DNA of 28,710 nt from a virus (IMGVR_UViG_3300032081_000018:1-28710); one strand, 5' to 3'. Positions 1-9,424 are shown, counted from the first letter of the stretch. Notes: generated by a model from the sequence alone, not told the origin. Made by a program: numbers and translations.

Positions 1-234
1 AGTGCCATTAAAGCACTTGAATTATTAGGTCGTGTTCGAGGAGCTAATGCAGATACGGGCGTACCTAAAGATAAAGACTCACTAGAAATTGCAATTGTAG
101 GATGCCTTAATACATTAGGCCAAGAAAAAGTCATTGACCTACTGTCTAAAACAGATTATGCAGATTTGTTCTTTGAAACGGAAGAAAACGCTGCCGAGGA
201 TGCGTCAGGAGAGCCGTTGGAGGCTGTTGTGTAG
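1..234 (+). CDS. 3' end of a probable terminase small subunit (partial; not in ORF track)
   Basis: Frame +1 is open from base 1 to TAG at 232-234 and reads SAIKALELLGRVRGANADTG...EAVV*. A-x-KALELLG[KR] is typical of TerS oligomerisation helices. Confidence 0.5.
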   Translation, partial: SAIKALELLGRVRGANADTGVPKDKDSLEIAIVGCLNTLGQEKVIDLLSKTDYADLFFETEENAAEDASGEPLEAVV

Positions 235-301
235 GCAACCCTACCGAAATAAGCTACATGCTCTGTACGGCGCTCCCTACCCCCATAGCGTAGATTTAAC
301 T

Positions 302-682
302 TTATTTATAACTCCAGACCCACGGCCTTGGGTGTTCTCCGTTAGGCATGTCATCTAAATGGATAAATCTATTTTCAATTGGCCCTCTTTGGGATACCCC
401 TATCCCTGTCATACCCAACTCCATAGCAATACGTATTAATCGATAGGCATCTTTACCATGTACTGCTACATCTACAGCACGACCATACACATGTGGTGAG
501 TTAGGTGCGCCATTGATAGCTGAGTTGTGAGCAGGGTGTCTATATCCAGAGGTGATAATCATGGGAGTGTTAAACTTCTTACGGACTGCAATAAGCTTTT
601 CCATAAAGACATCACTCATGTCACATAGGTCAGTGCCTTTACAGGCTAGTTCTTTAACACTAAAAAATGGATTGTCTATCAT
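302..682 (-). CDS. Endolysin, Zn peptidase M15A (Peptidase_M15_3-like)
   Basis: Motifs ITSGYRHPAHN, SPHVYGRAVD (S-x-H-x-x-G-x-A-x-D) and FIHLD. Last gene of the late unit. Confidence 0.92.
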   Translation of the reverse strand: MIDNPFFSVKELACKGTDLCDMSDVFMEKLIAVRKKFNTPMIITSGYRHPAHNSAINGAPNSPHVYGRAVDVAVHGKDAYRLIRIAMELGMTGIGVSQRGPIENRFIHLDDMPNGEHPRPWVWSYK

Positions 683-927
683 TATTTAACCTTTAGTAAA
701 AAAGAATCCAGCTTAGCCTCAAGCCTATCAAACCTATTCATAATTTTATTTAGGTCTTGATCTACTTCTTTCTTAGTAGCGTAGGTCTTAGCTGCTTCTT
801 CTCGTGTGTCAGCGATACGTCGCTTGGTATCTTGTACCTGTTGGCTGATGCCGCGCACCCACCATACAAATGAGCCACATGCGATACTTAGTATTGCGTT
901 CCAAATCATAGTGGGATCGTTAGGCAT
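682..927 (-). CDS. Putative holin / small membrane protein
   Basis: One N-terminal hydrophobic helix (IWNAILSIACGSFVWWV) then a charged coiled-coil tail. TAATG-coupled to the endolysin. Confidence 0.55.
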   Translation of the reverse strand: MPNDPTMIWNAILSIACGSFVWWVRGISQQVQDTKRRIADTREEAAKTYATKKEVDQDLNKIMNRFDRLEAKLDSFLLKVK

Positions 928-932
928 TTTAA

Positions 933-3900
933 TTACTCCTGATTTTCTTGAATAAAGTTAGTTATAATTTCTTCTATTTCTTGAGGGTCAGTTCCTTGAA
1001 TTTCTAACCCTCTAAGTTCAGAGTCAAGTCTATTTAATTTACTCATTAATGGACCTCTAAACTCATTAGGAATTGTTTGAGTAGCGTCCATAAACATAGT
1101 TCCTTCTACTGTACCAGAGGATAAACTATCAGGCATAAATAGTCCTTCTTTAAGAAAATCTTCATAAGTATTTACGTAGTCTTTAGGTTTTAATACATTG
1201 CTACCAGTTAATCCTACTAATTCTAAATCTTCTCCTTTGCTACTTCTAAGAAGAGAATCTAAATCTTTCCAGATTCTATCACCATATTCTTGGTCCTCTC
1301 CTCTTTTATCTTCATAAGGTAAAGATTTATACTTAGCTATATTTGTACCAAGCTCTTGCAGTAGTTCAAATCTACGAACTTGCATTTTTCCATACTCTTC
1401 AAGGATTTCATTTTCTGTTTCTGGTGTGTATCTTTCTGCTGGCAAACGCCTTAAATAATTTCTAAAGTTTTTAGCAGTCATACCAATACGATTTAAATCT
1501 TGATATGTTTTAAATGATATTTGTTTATTTATAGACATATTTTGAACACGCATACCTGTAGTTATCCAAGTAAAAAAATCGTCCATAGATACAGGCATCC
1601 CAAAATTTTCAACTGCACGCTCATCTTTAAGTTGTTGTAGCCTTACAGGATCAGTTGCAGCTAAAGCTTCTCTTGCCCTTGTTATTGTATCTCTTACACC
1701 TGGAACCATATTGCTTTTAAGAATTGCTTCAAAGATATTATCTATATTTTCTTTGTCTGTTTTTTCATACAAAGGATCAAAGATTTTTTGACTTCCGCTG
1801 AAAATATCTAACACTGCATCTGCTACAAATTTGGGAGATAAATATGTACCTAGCAAATCTTTCATTGCCTGTTCCATTCTATCTGCATAATTATCTGCAT
1901 TAATATCTTTACCAGAAATTATATTTCCAAGCAACTGCATTACTATTCTTGCTGGTTCTCTTGTAACAGAAAAAGCATCAAACTGTGGACTAACAACAAG
2001 ACGCATAACAATGTCGCCATCGTCATTTTCTTTAATAGCGGGAGAGTTTTGTTGCTTATCGCTGTTTACAAAATTTGCAGCCGCTCTTACAAAACGATTA
2101 AAGTTTGTTCCTTCTTCTGTAATTTGTGGTGGCAAGGGATCAAGATAAAATCTTAGTTTATCTCTATAATAACTAGGCATTAGAACATTTATAACTTCTT
2201 CTGCTTTACCAAAAACTCCGCGTCCTTCATTATTGGATTGTACAAAAGAACTCATTCCATAACCCATAGCAGTTAATCCTGCAACGCGCCGCAGACCCAT
2301 CTGTGTTTGTGCAATACCGCCAGCCTCGCCTCTTTGCGCTCTTGAAAGACCCTGCACAACATCTGTTGCAGCAGTCTTAATAAGATTTTTATGCACACGT
2401 ATTCCTTCACTGGGAAACAATACATAGTTACCTATTACAGGAACACGAGCAATTTCTCTAGCTATAGGAGCAGCCCTGCTGTACGACCAGAAGTTATCAG
2501 TTACTCTTTTAGCAGCTAGTTTACGAAGCTCGTCTTCTGGTAAATCAGGAAAAGCTTTTTTAAGTCCATCCAACTCATTAAAAAATAAAATAGTTTTACC
2601 AAAAGCATCTGTTGCACCATACGCCTTACCTAAACCTACAATACCTTTTCTATAAGCTGCCATCCCTCCTTTTAAAATACCTTTAGGAGTTAGTAGTTGA
2701 GCAGGGCTATCCATAAATGCAACATTTCTAATGATAGGTTCTGCTACAATACCAGCTTCAACAACTCCACTTTCTCTAAGAAAATCAAAAAGCTCTAAAG
2801 CTTCACGATTATTATTTTTTACTGATCTATAAAACATTAGGGCAGTCTTACCAGTATTTCTAAATGTTTTAACAGGCTGTAAAAATACACCGTTAATACC
2901 TAGACCTTGTAGCATACCTATTGTATTTAACATATAAGCTGAAGGAACATCAAACAAAGTTTGACTTGCCTGACCAAAACTAGCTATGCCTTGTAAGACT
3001 CTCATTAGTTTACTTGTACTACTACGATTAAGTAAATTGATATTATTATCAATTAATTTAAACATATTTGAACTTGTATATAAATCTTTCATTAAATCAG
3101 ACTTACCAGCCCTGCCAGAACCTAGCAGTCGTTGAGCATATTCTTCTAATGCTTTAGTTCCTTCTAGTGATGGCCTCGAAGTTACAGCTATTCTTTTTTT
3201 AGGACCAAGATTAAATGGTAAAATTCCTGATATTTCAATATACCTAGAATCAGGATCACGAGCAGCAACTTCTTTTAAATAAGAATCTAAATCACGAATA
3301 TATCTAGCACGAGCTATAGTGTCGTTTTGATTTTTTAAAGTTTCTCTTAACTTTTCAAATGGATCGGTAGTTTCACCTAATAATTTTCTAAGTTTAGGAT
3401 CAAGTTTTTCATTGCGCTTTCTTAAAACTTTTGATATATTATCTGTGTGTGTCGTAGCATTAAGCCAGCTTTCTATTCCAAGACCTTCTTCAGCATGAGA
3501 CACATGATCGACAAAAGCTTTAAGCTGACCATCAATTTCTGCTTGCTGATTAGCAGTTAAAAATAAACTGTCGGGGTCTTTTTGAAGAGCTTGAATCTGT
3601 GCTTCATCTAAAGCATTTTCATCTGAAAGACGTAATCCTTTATTTTTACCTCCAAGACCTTCTAAAAGTTGTTGCTTATAAAAAGATCGACCAGCATCAA
3701 TTGCATCAAGAACTTTTGACTTTCGCCGTTTTTCAGCACCAGTTATTGCAACAACAGATTTACCCTTCAATGCTCTATCTATTATCTCTACAAACCTAGG
3801 ATCGTAAGCTGCCTGATAACTTCTTGTATAATAAATTGTTCCCTTACCTGTTTTTGGATCATAAGTATATTGACTACCTAATCTAGCGTCTCCATTTAGT

Positions 3901-5765
3901 CCAGCAAGATTACTAAGTTCTTCTTGATTATCATAAATAGTTTTTCTATATCTATCAATAACATCAGTAATCTCAGTATCTAGTTCAGTGCCTTTAGGAT
4001 TTTTAGGTAGCTCACCTGTTTCCATATACTCAGTTATATCGTCCTCATTAACATTTTTATTTTTAACTGCTTTGTCTAGTTCTTTATTAAGCAGTCGCAT
4101 TTGAGAATAAATTTTAGGTCTATTAAGTTTTCTAGCTGCTGCTGCCATACGATCAGGAAGACCTGCTGTTTCACGCAACCCTCTTCCAAGCCAGCTATTA
4201 ACATTACCTAGCCCTTCAATAATAATATTTCTTTGAGGTAAATTTTTTGCACCTTTAGCCGCTACATCTTTTGGATCAGGCTCTATAATTACTTTTTCAC
4301 TAGGAAGTTTAGGACCAACAAACCTAGCAGCTTCATCTTGTTGTCTAGCTAGTTTTTTTGTAGCAGCCCTAACCGTAGGTAAAGGAGCTATAGCAGCAAG
4401 CGGAGTAGCTACTAAACCAATTGCTGCTGATTTAGCAACTTGTCCTAAATTAATCTCATCTTGAAGATTTGTTTGCACTCTAAGTGTTTGGTCTAAAAGA
4501 TCAAAGCCGCCAGTATAGGTTGCTGCAACCGCCGCCCCTTTTACTGGTCCTAATCTAGATACCTGATTAACAGAATTTTCTAAAACATTTTTAGAGATTG
4601 AAGGACTTGCTCCAAACTCAAGAGCTTCATCGATCTGTTCTTTTGTAAATCCTTTTTTAGTTAAGTTTTTAGTTAGTTGGTTTTTAATATAATTTAATGG
4701 TAAATTACTTATAGTTTTTGATCCAACAACTCTTGATAAAAGTTTAAATCCTCCACTAACTATTAAACCTACCCAACTAACAGGATCAAGAGCTATAGCC
4801 TGTAAGGCATACCGAGCAGTACGTCCACTGCCACGAGTGTTGTCATACATTTGAAGAGTTCTTCCCCACAAATATAACTGATCTTCTACACTTACATTAC
4901 TTTTATCAAGATCAATACCTAACATATTTCTATATAAATCAGTATCTTTATTTTTTAAAATAGTATCCCCTAGCTCAAAAAAACTATTGCCTACCTGTGA
5001 GGCACGTTTCATTAGCCAATCAGCTTTCATTTTATCTGTATAGTTATCTGGAAAACTTTCTCCGTTGTTTGAAATTTTCCATAAATTATCAGCAAGAAAT
5101 AACCACTCTTTACCAGCACTATAACCTACAAAATTACCGTCCTCATCTTGTACATTAAAATTTTCTGGAGGACCATTAGTAGTAGTGATACTTTGATTTT
5201 GTAGTTGATTGGTAGTAAATCTTACATCAAAAGGAATGTCTTCTGCTTCTTCAGAAGTTGGGATGTCCCGCATTTGCTGCACATTTTGTCTACTTGTACC
5301 AGATTGCACCAACAAACTACCCGTACCAAATGCAGCAGGAAACTCTGTTTCTTCTACAAGTGCAGGATCGTCTACCGCTGGATCAACATCGGGTAAAGGT
5401 GGAAGCTCTTCTTCTTCTTCTTCTTCTGGAACAATTGGTACAGCAAGCCTACGTTCAGAGGTAGGTACTTTTTTCTGTTCAACTAAACTAGCTCTATTTC
5501 CAACCAAGCTTAATGCACCAGTTCCAAAAATATTTGGATCATCAGTAGGTGCAACAGCAGTATCAGGAACAGGTGTTCCAAATATTTCTGACATTTCTTC
5601 AGGACTAAGTTTTTCTATAGTACTACTATTACTAATAGGAGTTTCTTTTTTTTCTTCTTGAGTTTCTTGCACAGGAACTACAGGAGAAGGAGCAGCAGTA
5701 TCAGGAACAGGTGTTCCAAATATTTCTGACATTTCTTCAGGACTAAGTTTTTCTATAGTAGTCAT
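933..5765 (-). CDS. Large internal virion / DNA ejection protein (1610 aa)
   Basis: Very large, mostly helical ORF in the last structural position before lysis, as for T7 gp16- or P22 gp16/gp20-type proteins. Acidic disordered N-terminus and Gly/Ala hydrophobic stretches. Confidence 0.65.
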   Translation of the reverse strand: MTTIEKLSPEEMSEIFGTPVPDTAAPSPVVPVQETQEEKKETPISNSSTIEKLSPEEMSEIFGTPVPDTAVAPTDDPNIFGTGALSLVGNRASLVEQKKVPTSERRLAVPIVPEEEEEEELPPLPDVDPAVDDPALVEETEFPAAFGTGSLLVQSGTSRQNVQQMRDIPTSEEAEDIPFDVRFTTNQLQNQSITTTNGPPENFNVQDEDGNFVGYSAGKEWLFLADNLWKISNNGESFPDNYTDKMKADWLMKRASQVGNSFFELGDTILKNKDTDLYRNMLGIDLDKSNVSVEDQLYLWGRTLQMYDNTRGSGRTARYALQAIALDPVSWVGLIVSGGFKLLSRVVGSKTISNLPLNYIKNQLTKNLTKKGFTKEQIDEALEFGASPSISKNVLENSVNQVSRLGPVKGAAVAATYTGGFDLLDQTLRVQTNLQDEINLGQVAKSAAIGLVATPLAAIAPLPTVRAATKKLARQQDEAARFVGPKLPSEKVIIEPDPKDVAAKGAKNLPQRNIIIEGLGNVNSWLGRGLRETAGLPDRMAAAARKLNRPKIYSQMRLLNKELDKAVKNKNVNEDDITEYMETGELPKNPKGTELDTEITDVIDRYRKTIYDNQEELSNLAGLNGDARLGSQYTYDPKTGKGTIYYTRSYQAAYDPRFVEIIDRALKGKSVVAITGAEKRRKSKVLDAIDAGRSFYKQQLLEGLGGKNKGLRLSDENALDEAQIQALQKDPDSLFLTANQQAEIDGQLKAFVDHVSHAEEGLGIESWLNATTHTDNISKVLRKRNEKLDPKLRKLLGETTDPFEKLRETLKNQNDTIARARYIRDLDSYLKEVAARDPDSRYIEISGILPFNLGPKKRIAVTSRPSLEGTKALEEYAQRLLGSGRAGKSDLMKDLYTSSNMFKLIDNNINLLNRSSTSKLMRVLQGIASFGQASQTLFDVPSAYMLNTIGMLQGLGINGVFLQPVKTFRNTGKTALMFYRSVKNNNREALELFDFLRESGVVEAGIVAEPIIRNVAFMDSPAQLLTPKGILKGGMAAYRKGIVGLGKAYGATDAFGKTILFFNELDGLKKAFPDLPEDELRKLAAKRVTDNFWSYSRAAPIAREIARVPVIGNYVLFPSEGIRVHKNLIKTAATDVVQGLSRAQRGEAGGIAQTQMGLRRVAGLTAMGYGMSSFVQSNNEGRGVFGKAEEVINVLMPSYYRDKLRFYLDPLPPQITEEGTNFNRFVRAAANFVNSDKQQNSPAIKENDDGDIVMRLVVSPQFDAFSVTREPARIVMQLLGNIISGKDINADNYADRMEQAMKDLLGTYLSPKFVADAVLDIFSGSQKIFDPLYEKTDKENIDNIFEAILKSNMVPGVRDTITRAREALAATDPVRLQQLKDERAVENFGMPVSMDDFFTWITTGMRVQNMSINKQISFKTYQDLNRIGMTAKNFRNYLRRLPAERYTPETENEILEEYGKMQVRRFELLQELGTNIAKYKSLPYEDKRGEDQEYGDRIWKDLDSLLRSSKGEDLELVGLTGSNVLKPKDYVNTYEDFLKEGLFMPDSLSSGTVEGTMFMDATQTIPNEFRGPLMSKLNRLDSELRGLEIQGTDPQEIEEIITNFIQENQE
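5349..5398. repeat. 50-bp cassette shared with the neighbouring gene (copy in the 1610-aa gene)
   Basis: 5349-5372 = 7016-7039, 5372-5398 = 7069-7095 and 5360-5387 = 6988-7015, all exact matches. Confidence 0.95.
5555..5760. repeat. Perfect 68-bp direct repeat (5555-5622 and 5693-5760), period 138 bp
   Basis: Both copies read cagcagtatcaggaacaggtgttccaaatatttctgacatttcttcaggactaagtttttctatagta and encode TIEKLSPEEMSEIFGTPVPDTA. Confidence 0.97.
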
Positions 5766-5782
5766 TTTAAATTTTAATCTTA

Positions 5783-8125
5783 TTACTTTGTTTCACCAAA
5801 TTGAAAAATATTATTAAACCATTTTTCTGCGGCTTTAATTTCAGCGCTTGAAGGCAACTCTTTAGGTCCATACTTTGGATTATATTTTTTAAGAATACCA
5901 CCAATTCTTGCTCGGCGCTCTTCTGCATTTGGTTCTTTTCTAAGGTCTACAACTATATCATTCCAATCATTTCTAGGCACAGCTCCTAGTATTTGAAAAT
6001 CTTTGCTAGTTTTAGACAAATGATATGCACGACTACTATCAAGAGCCGCCTGAACATCAAGACCAACAAAAGCTTTAAGAGCATCTTCTACATTGTCTCT
6101 TTCTTGAAGCCTCTCAAACCATTGTCTTTGTGCTGTATCAACAGCATCTATTACACTAGCTAATCTTTCACCTGTAAGTGCTTCGTTGCCGCTTTTATAA
6201 GTTTCTGAAGCCGCATCCCATCTATACTCACTAGCCAGTAAAACTTTATCTCTAATATCATCTAAATATTTATTTAAATCTTGAGGTTTTAAACTTTTAT
6301 CTTTACGAGCAGCAAGATCAGCAGCAGTTGCATCAGCAAATCGTTTAATAATTTTACTAATTTCATCAGCTTGTTTTAGAACTGCTGTTTGATATTTGCC
6401 TCTTTGCTTTCCTACATCTTCAGCAGTAACAGCTTCTTGTTTAATAATTGCTAGTTTATCAGCAATACTTTTATCAAATGCAGCTAGGTCTTCTTTAGAT
6501 CGACCTGCTCTCATAGCTCTGTTTCTAGCATTTCTAGTTTTACGTAAGTCAATAACTGCACTATTAATTTTATCTTGAGAAGCTTTGTATTTTTCTACTC
6601 CTGTAGGGTCTGCTAAAGCACTCGCAATACTTATGTTAGGGTTAGCCAGTTGACGTATAGCATTGGTAATTAAAGATTGCCCAAGACTTCCTGAGTATCC
6701 TTTAGGACCGCGAACTAAATCTTCCATATCAGCAAACTCAGCCGCTGCTGAAGTATCTTGAAAAAGTCTTTGAGAGGCAAGCATATCTTTTCTTTCTCTC
6801 TGACCTGTTCTCATTTCATTTCTAATTTTTTGCAGCGATGCATCTCTTATTTGTTGTAGTTCTTGTGGTGTCATTTCTCCTACGTTACCTAGAACATTAG
6901 CCAAGCCTCTTACATCACTACCCATTGTAGGATTTAATTTTGAAAAAAAGCTTTGTATTCCAGAAGGTTGATTATCTTCAGGAACTTGTGCAGGATCGTC
7001 TACCGCTGGATCAACTTCTTCTACAAGTGCAGGATCGTCAGGACTTCCCGATGGACCACCATCATCACCTACCGCTGGATCAACATCGGGTAAAGCAGGA
7101 ACACCTACAGCACCAGCCGCTTGCCTATATACTATACCAGACAAACCTTCTTCAACTTTACCGCCTTCAGCAGAGGTCTTAAATAAATTACCCATACTAA
7201 AGCCACCTGAATTAAAGCCACCGCCCATACCATAAATGTTAGCTGCTTGCAAACCAAGACCAAGTAACTGAGAACCTGTGCTAGGTGCCGCTGCTCTTTG
7301 GGTGCCAGTTTGAGTTGTTGTAGGCATACCAGTAAGCGGATTTGCAAAAACAGTTCCTGAATACTGTGCAAGAGCAGCCTGTGGTTCGCTTCGCTCTTCG
7401 AGAAATCTAAAGTATGCTTCATCCAAAGATTCTTGTGCTAAGTCTCTACGTTGTTCACCTATTTGCTGTAAGGCTCCTTGCTCTGCTATACCAGAAGCAA
7501 ACATAGCTGGCCCAAGTCTTTCTAAATCTTGTGCTTGCTGACGCTCTCTAATTTTTTGTGCATTAAAATCTTGCTGTGCTTTAGTATACGCATCACGCAA
7601 TCCTTTAGCCTGAATGTCTCCAAGGCGTCTTGCTTGTGATTCACCCAACAATGCAGCTTGTACTCCAGCGCGTGAGCCAAGACCGCTCATACCTCCAGCA
7701 CCTACTGCCTGTGCTTCAAATGCAGGTAAAACTCTACTTTCAAAATCTTCTTGTGCCTCACGTTTTTCAATATCAATTACTGCCTGTTGATAAGGGTTCA
7801 TATACTCTTGAGCCACATCGCCTGTAAAACGCTCACCACCCTGACGGGTAATTTCTAAAGCTTCTTGCTGAAGAGGAGCAGCAGTTCCAACAAGACTCCT
7901 AATTCCTTCTTGAGCAGAAAGTTCGTCGGGTGTAAACGGAGCAATAGTTGCACCTTCATAAGGAACATAACCTTCAGCTATGCGCTCATCATAAAGACGC
8001 TTTGCTTCTTTTGCAATCTCTTCAACTTGAGGAGCAATTTCAGGAGGTAGTTTGCTTGTTGTAATCTGTGTAGTAGTAGCTGGTGTGCTACTTTTACTAC
8101 CAAAAAGTGAAGATAGAAAACCCAT
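5783..8125 (-). CDS. Internal virion / DNA transfer (ejection) protein (780 aa)
   Basis: Amphipathic MGFLSSLFG start, PYEG..IAPF and YMNPYQQAVID motifs, and Gln/Ala/Gly-rich helices typical of podovirus ejection proteins. Lies between the nozzle and the large internal protein. Confidence 0.65.
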   Translation of the reverse strand: MGFLSSLFGSKSSTPATTTQITTSKLPPEIAPQVEEIAKEAKRLYDERIAEGYVPYEGATIAPFTPDELSAQEGIRSLVGTAAPLQQEALEITRQGGERFTGDVAQEYMNPYQQAVIDIEKREAQEDFESRVLPAFEAQAVGAGGMSGLGSRAGVQAALLGESQARRLGDIQAKGLRDAYTKAQQDFNAQKIRERQQAQDLERLGPAMFASGIAEQGALQQIGEQRRDLAQESLDEAYFRFLEERSEPQAALAQYSGTVFANPLTGMPTTTQTGTQRAAAPSTGSQLLGLGLQAANIYGMGGGFNSGGFSMGNLFKTSAEGGKVEEGLSGIVYRQAAGAVGVPALPDVDPAVGDDGGPSGSPDDPALVEEVDPAVDDPAQVPEDNQPSGIQSFFSKLNPTMGSDVRGLANVLGNVGEMTPQELQQIRDASLQKIRNEMRTGQRERKDMLASQRLFQDTSAAAEFADMEDLVRGPKGYSGSLGQSLITNAIRQLANPNISIASALADPTGVEKYKASQDKINSAVIDLRKTRNARNRAMRAGRSKEDLAAFDKSIADKLAIIKQEAVTAEDVGKQRGKYQTAVLKQADEISKIIKRFADATAADLAARKDKSLKPQDLNKYLDDIRDKVLLASEYRWDAASETYKSGNEALTGERLASVIDAVDTAQRQWFERLQERDNVEDALKAFVGLDVQAALDSSRAYHLSKTSKDFQILGAVPRNDWNDIVVDLRKEPNAEERRARIGGILKKYNPKYGPKELPSSAEIKAAEKWFNNIFQFGETK
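6988..7095. repeat. Rearranged copies of the same cassette in the 780-aa gene
   Basis: Three exact blocks of 28, 24 and 27 bp matching 5349-5398. Encodes LPDVDPAV-GDDGGPSGSP-DDPALVEE-VDPAVDDPA. Confidence 0.95.
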
Positions 8126-8127
8126 CG

Positions 8128-8967
8128 TTATGTCCTCTCATTTATTGAAGATGTCAAGGAAGCCAAGCCATCAATTTCATTAGGCTGTTTAGTATTTCCA
8201 TAAGCATCTTCTCGAATATCTTTTACAACATTGTCCATGATATCTGCCCCCTCATCTGCATTACCATTTCCTAATGCTGCCATTGTGTAACTATCAATTA
8301 CATACTCAGACGGACTAACCGCCAATGTTCCTACTTGTTTAGGATTGTCAAGTGTACCTACTTGCTGGCTCATAGCTCGTTCAACAATAGGCATATACAC
8401 ATTATCTTCCATACCCCCACCATCTCCAGGAACTCGACCAGAAAACTCTCCACCAGCTTTCAGTCCCATAATACCACCGCCATACCTAGCATTAAATTGC
8501 ATAGGATCAGTATCTTCCATTGCTGCCATTTGCATAAATGGTTGTGCTGCTTCAGTGCTGGCTAAACTATATTGTGTTTCTACTGCTTCAGTAATGTCTA
8601 CCCCTGCATTTTTAGTTAAAACCTCTAATGCTTTAGCAGCTAGTGAGTCTCCATCAGGAAGTGTAGCTGTAAGAATTTCATTTACCTTTTGCTTTACATC
8701 CATCTCTTTTATATTTCTACCTGACATAGGCACAGGAACAGGGATAGGAGCCTGTGTATTCATTGGTGCAGCAGCTAATCCAGACTGTTCAGGAGCTTGC
8801 TGCGGAAGCATTGGATTAGACATGCTTCTTGCAGGACTAACCATTCCTTGAGGATTTGTAGGAATAGGCTGTGGTTTTTTCATTGCACTCATAGCATCTA
8901 AAGGCTCTTTACGTGCCATGTCTCTAAACTTCATAGCTTGGTCAGGTCTGTTTATTGGCATATTCAT
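8128..8967 (-). CDS. Putative internal virion protein with a C-terminal GG..G..G..D..S..EYV..LGNG domain (279 aa)
   Basis: Met/Pro/Gln-rich disordered N-half, then LKAGGEFSGRVPGDGGGMEDNV...AVSPSEYVI...ALGNGNADEGA. Confidence 0.55.
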   Translation of the reverse strand: MNMPINRPDQAMKFRDMARKEPLDAMSAMKKPQPIPTNPQGMVSPARSMSNPMLPQQAPEQSGLAAAPMNTQAPIPVPVPMSGRNIKEMDVKQKVNEILTATLPDGDSLAAKALEVLTKNAGVDITEAVETQYSLASTEAAQPFMQMAAMEDTDPMQFNARYGGGIMGLKAGGEFSGRVPGDGGGMEDNVYMPIVERAMSQQVGTLDNPKQVGTLAVSPSEYVIDSYTMAALGNGNADEGADIMDNVVKDIREDAYGNTKQPNEIDGLASLTSSINERT

Positions 8968-9167
8968 TTATTTTGTCCATAGTCTGATTCAGGAGAATAT
9001 ACATAGTCAGTACTATTATACTTTACTTTTTTCATATTCCCAAATGCTTCATGCTTTTGATTAAGATGGTGCCTAGTCGGATCAATAAATCGACCTGTGT
9101 TAAGGTTTCCAAAATACGTACTAGCATTAACTAAATTGAAATGCTTATCTAATTCAGATTTTGCCAT
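8964..9167 (-). CDS. Hypothetical protein (67 aa)
   Basis: Fills the gap between two genes, with an ATGA overlap to the downstream gene. Confidence 0.65.
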   Translation of the reverse strand: MAKSELDKHFNLVNASTYFGNLNTGRFIDPTRHHLNQKHEAFGNMKKVKYNSTDYVYSPESDYGQNK

Positions 9168-9424
9168 GATGTCTCTGCTCCTAAACTAACATATCCTTTA
9201 AACTTACCAGAGCTTGCTGAATATGCTATGTCACCTTTTCTTGGTCTACCAATTTCTGTTACTGTAACAACAGTATAAATATTTGTAGATGGTTTACTAT
9301 TTTCTTGTAGGTCTCTTGTATTTAACTCTTGTATTAAAACTGATCCCCATCTCTGAATACTATTGTACATTTCATTAACGTCTGTAAAAGAGCGACGTTT
9401 AAATAAAGTAGGGTATCTTGCCAT
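9149..9424 (-). CDS. Small tail-associated protein (possible needle/plug, 91 aa)
   Basis: TAATG-coupled directly after the nozzle gene. Short helix plus a fibre-like G-x-I-x-Y...FKGY...W motif. Confidence 0.5.
   Translation of the reverse strand: MARYPTLFKRRSFTDVNEMYNSIQRWGSVLIQELNTRDLQENSKPSTNIYTVVTVTEIGRPRKGDIAYSASSGKFKGYVSLGAETSWQNLN

Noticed and set aside
231-301. Possible bidirectional terminator between the convergent genes
   Set aside because: Only a 5-bp stem (gtagg-caac-cctac) without a convincing U-tract was found.
134-358. 74-aa plus-strand ORF in the track
   Set aside because: It overlaps both the better frame +1 ORF (1-234) and the endolysin end, starts at TTG and has no recognisable features.
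5406-5426. (TTC)n microsatellite
   Set aside because: A short in-frame triplet run encoding E7; slippage would not switch phase.
5349-7095. Repeats considered as a CRISPR array or a diversity-generating retroelement template/variable pair
   Set aside because: No regular repeat-spacer period, no adenine-specific mismatches, and no cas or reverse transcriptase gene in the window.
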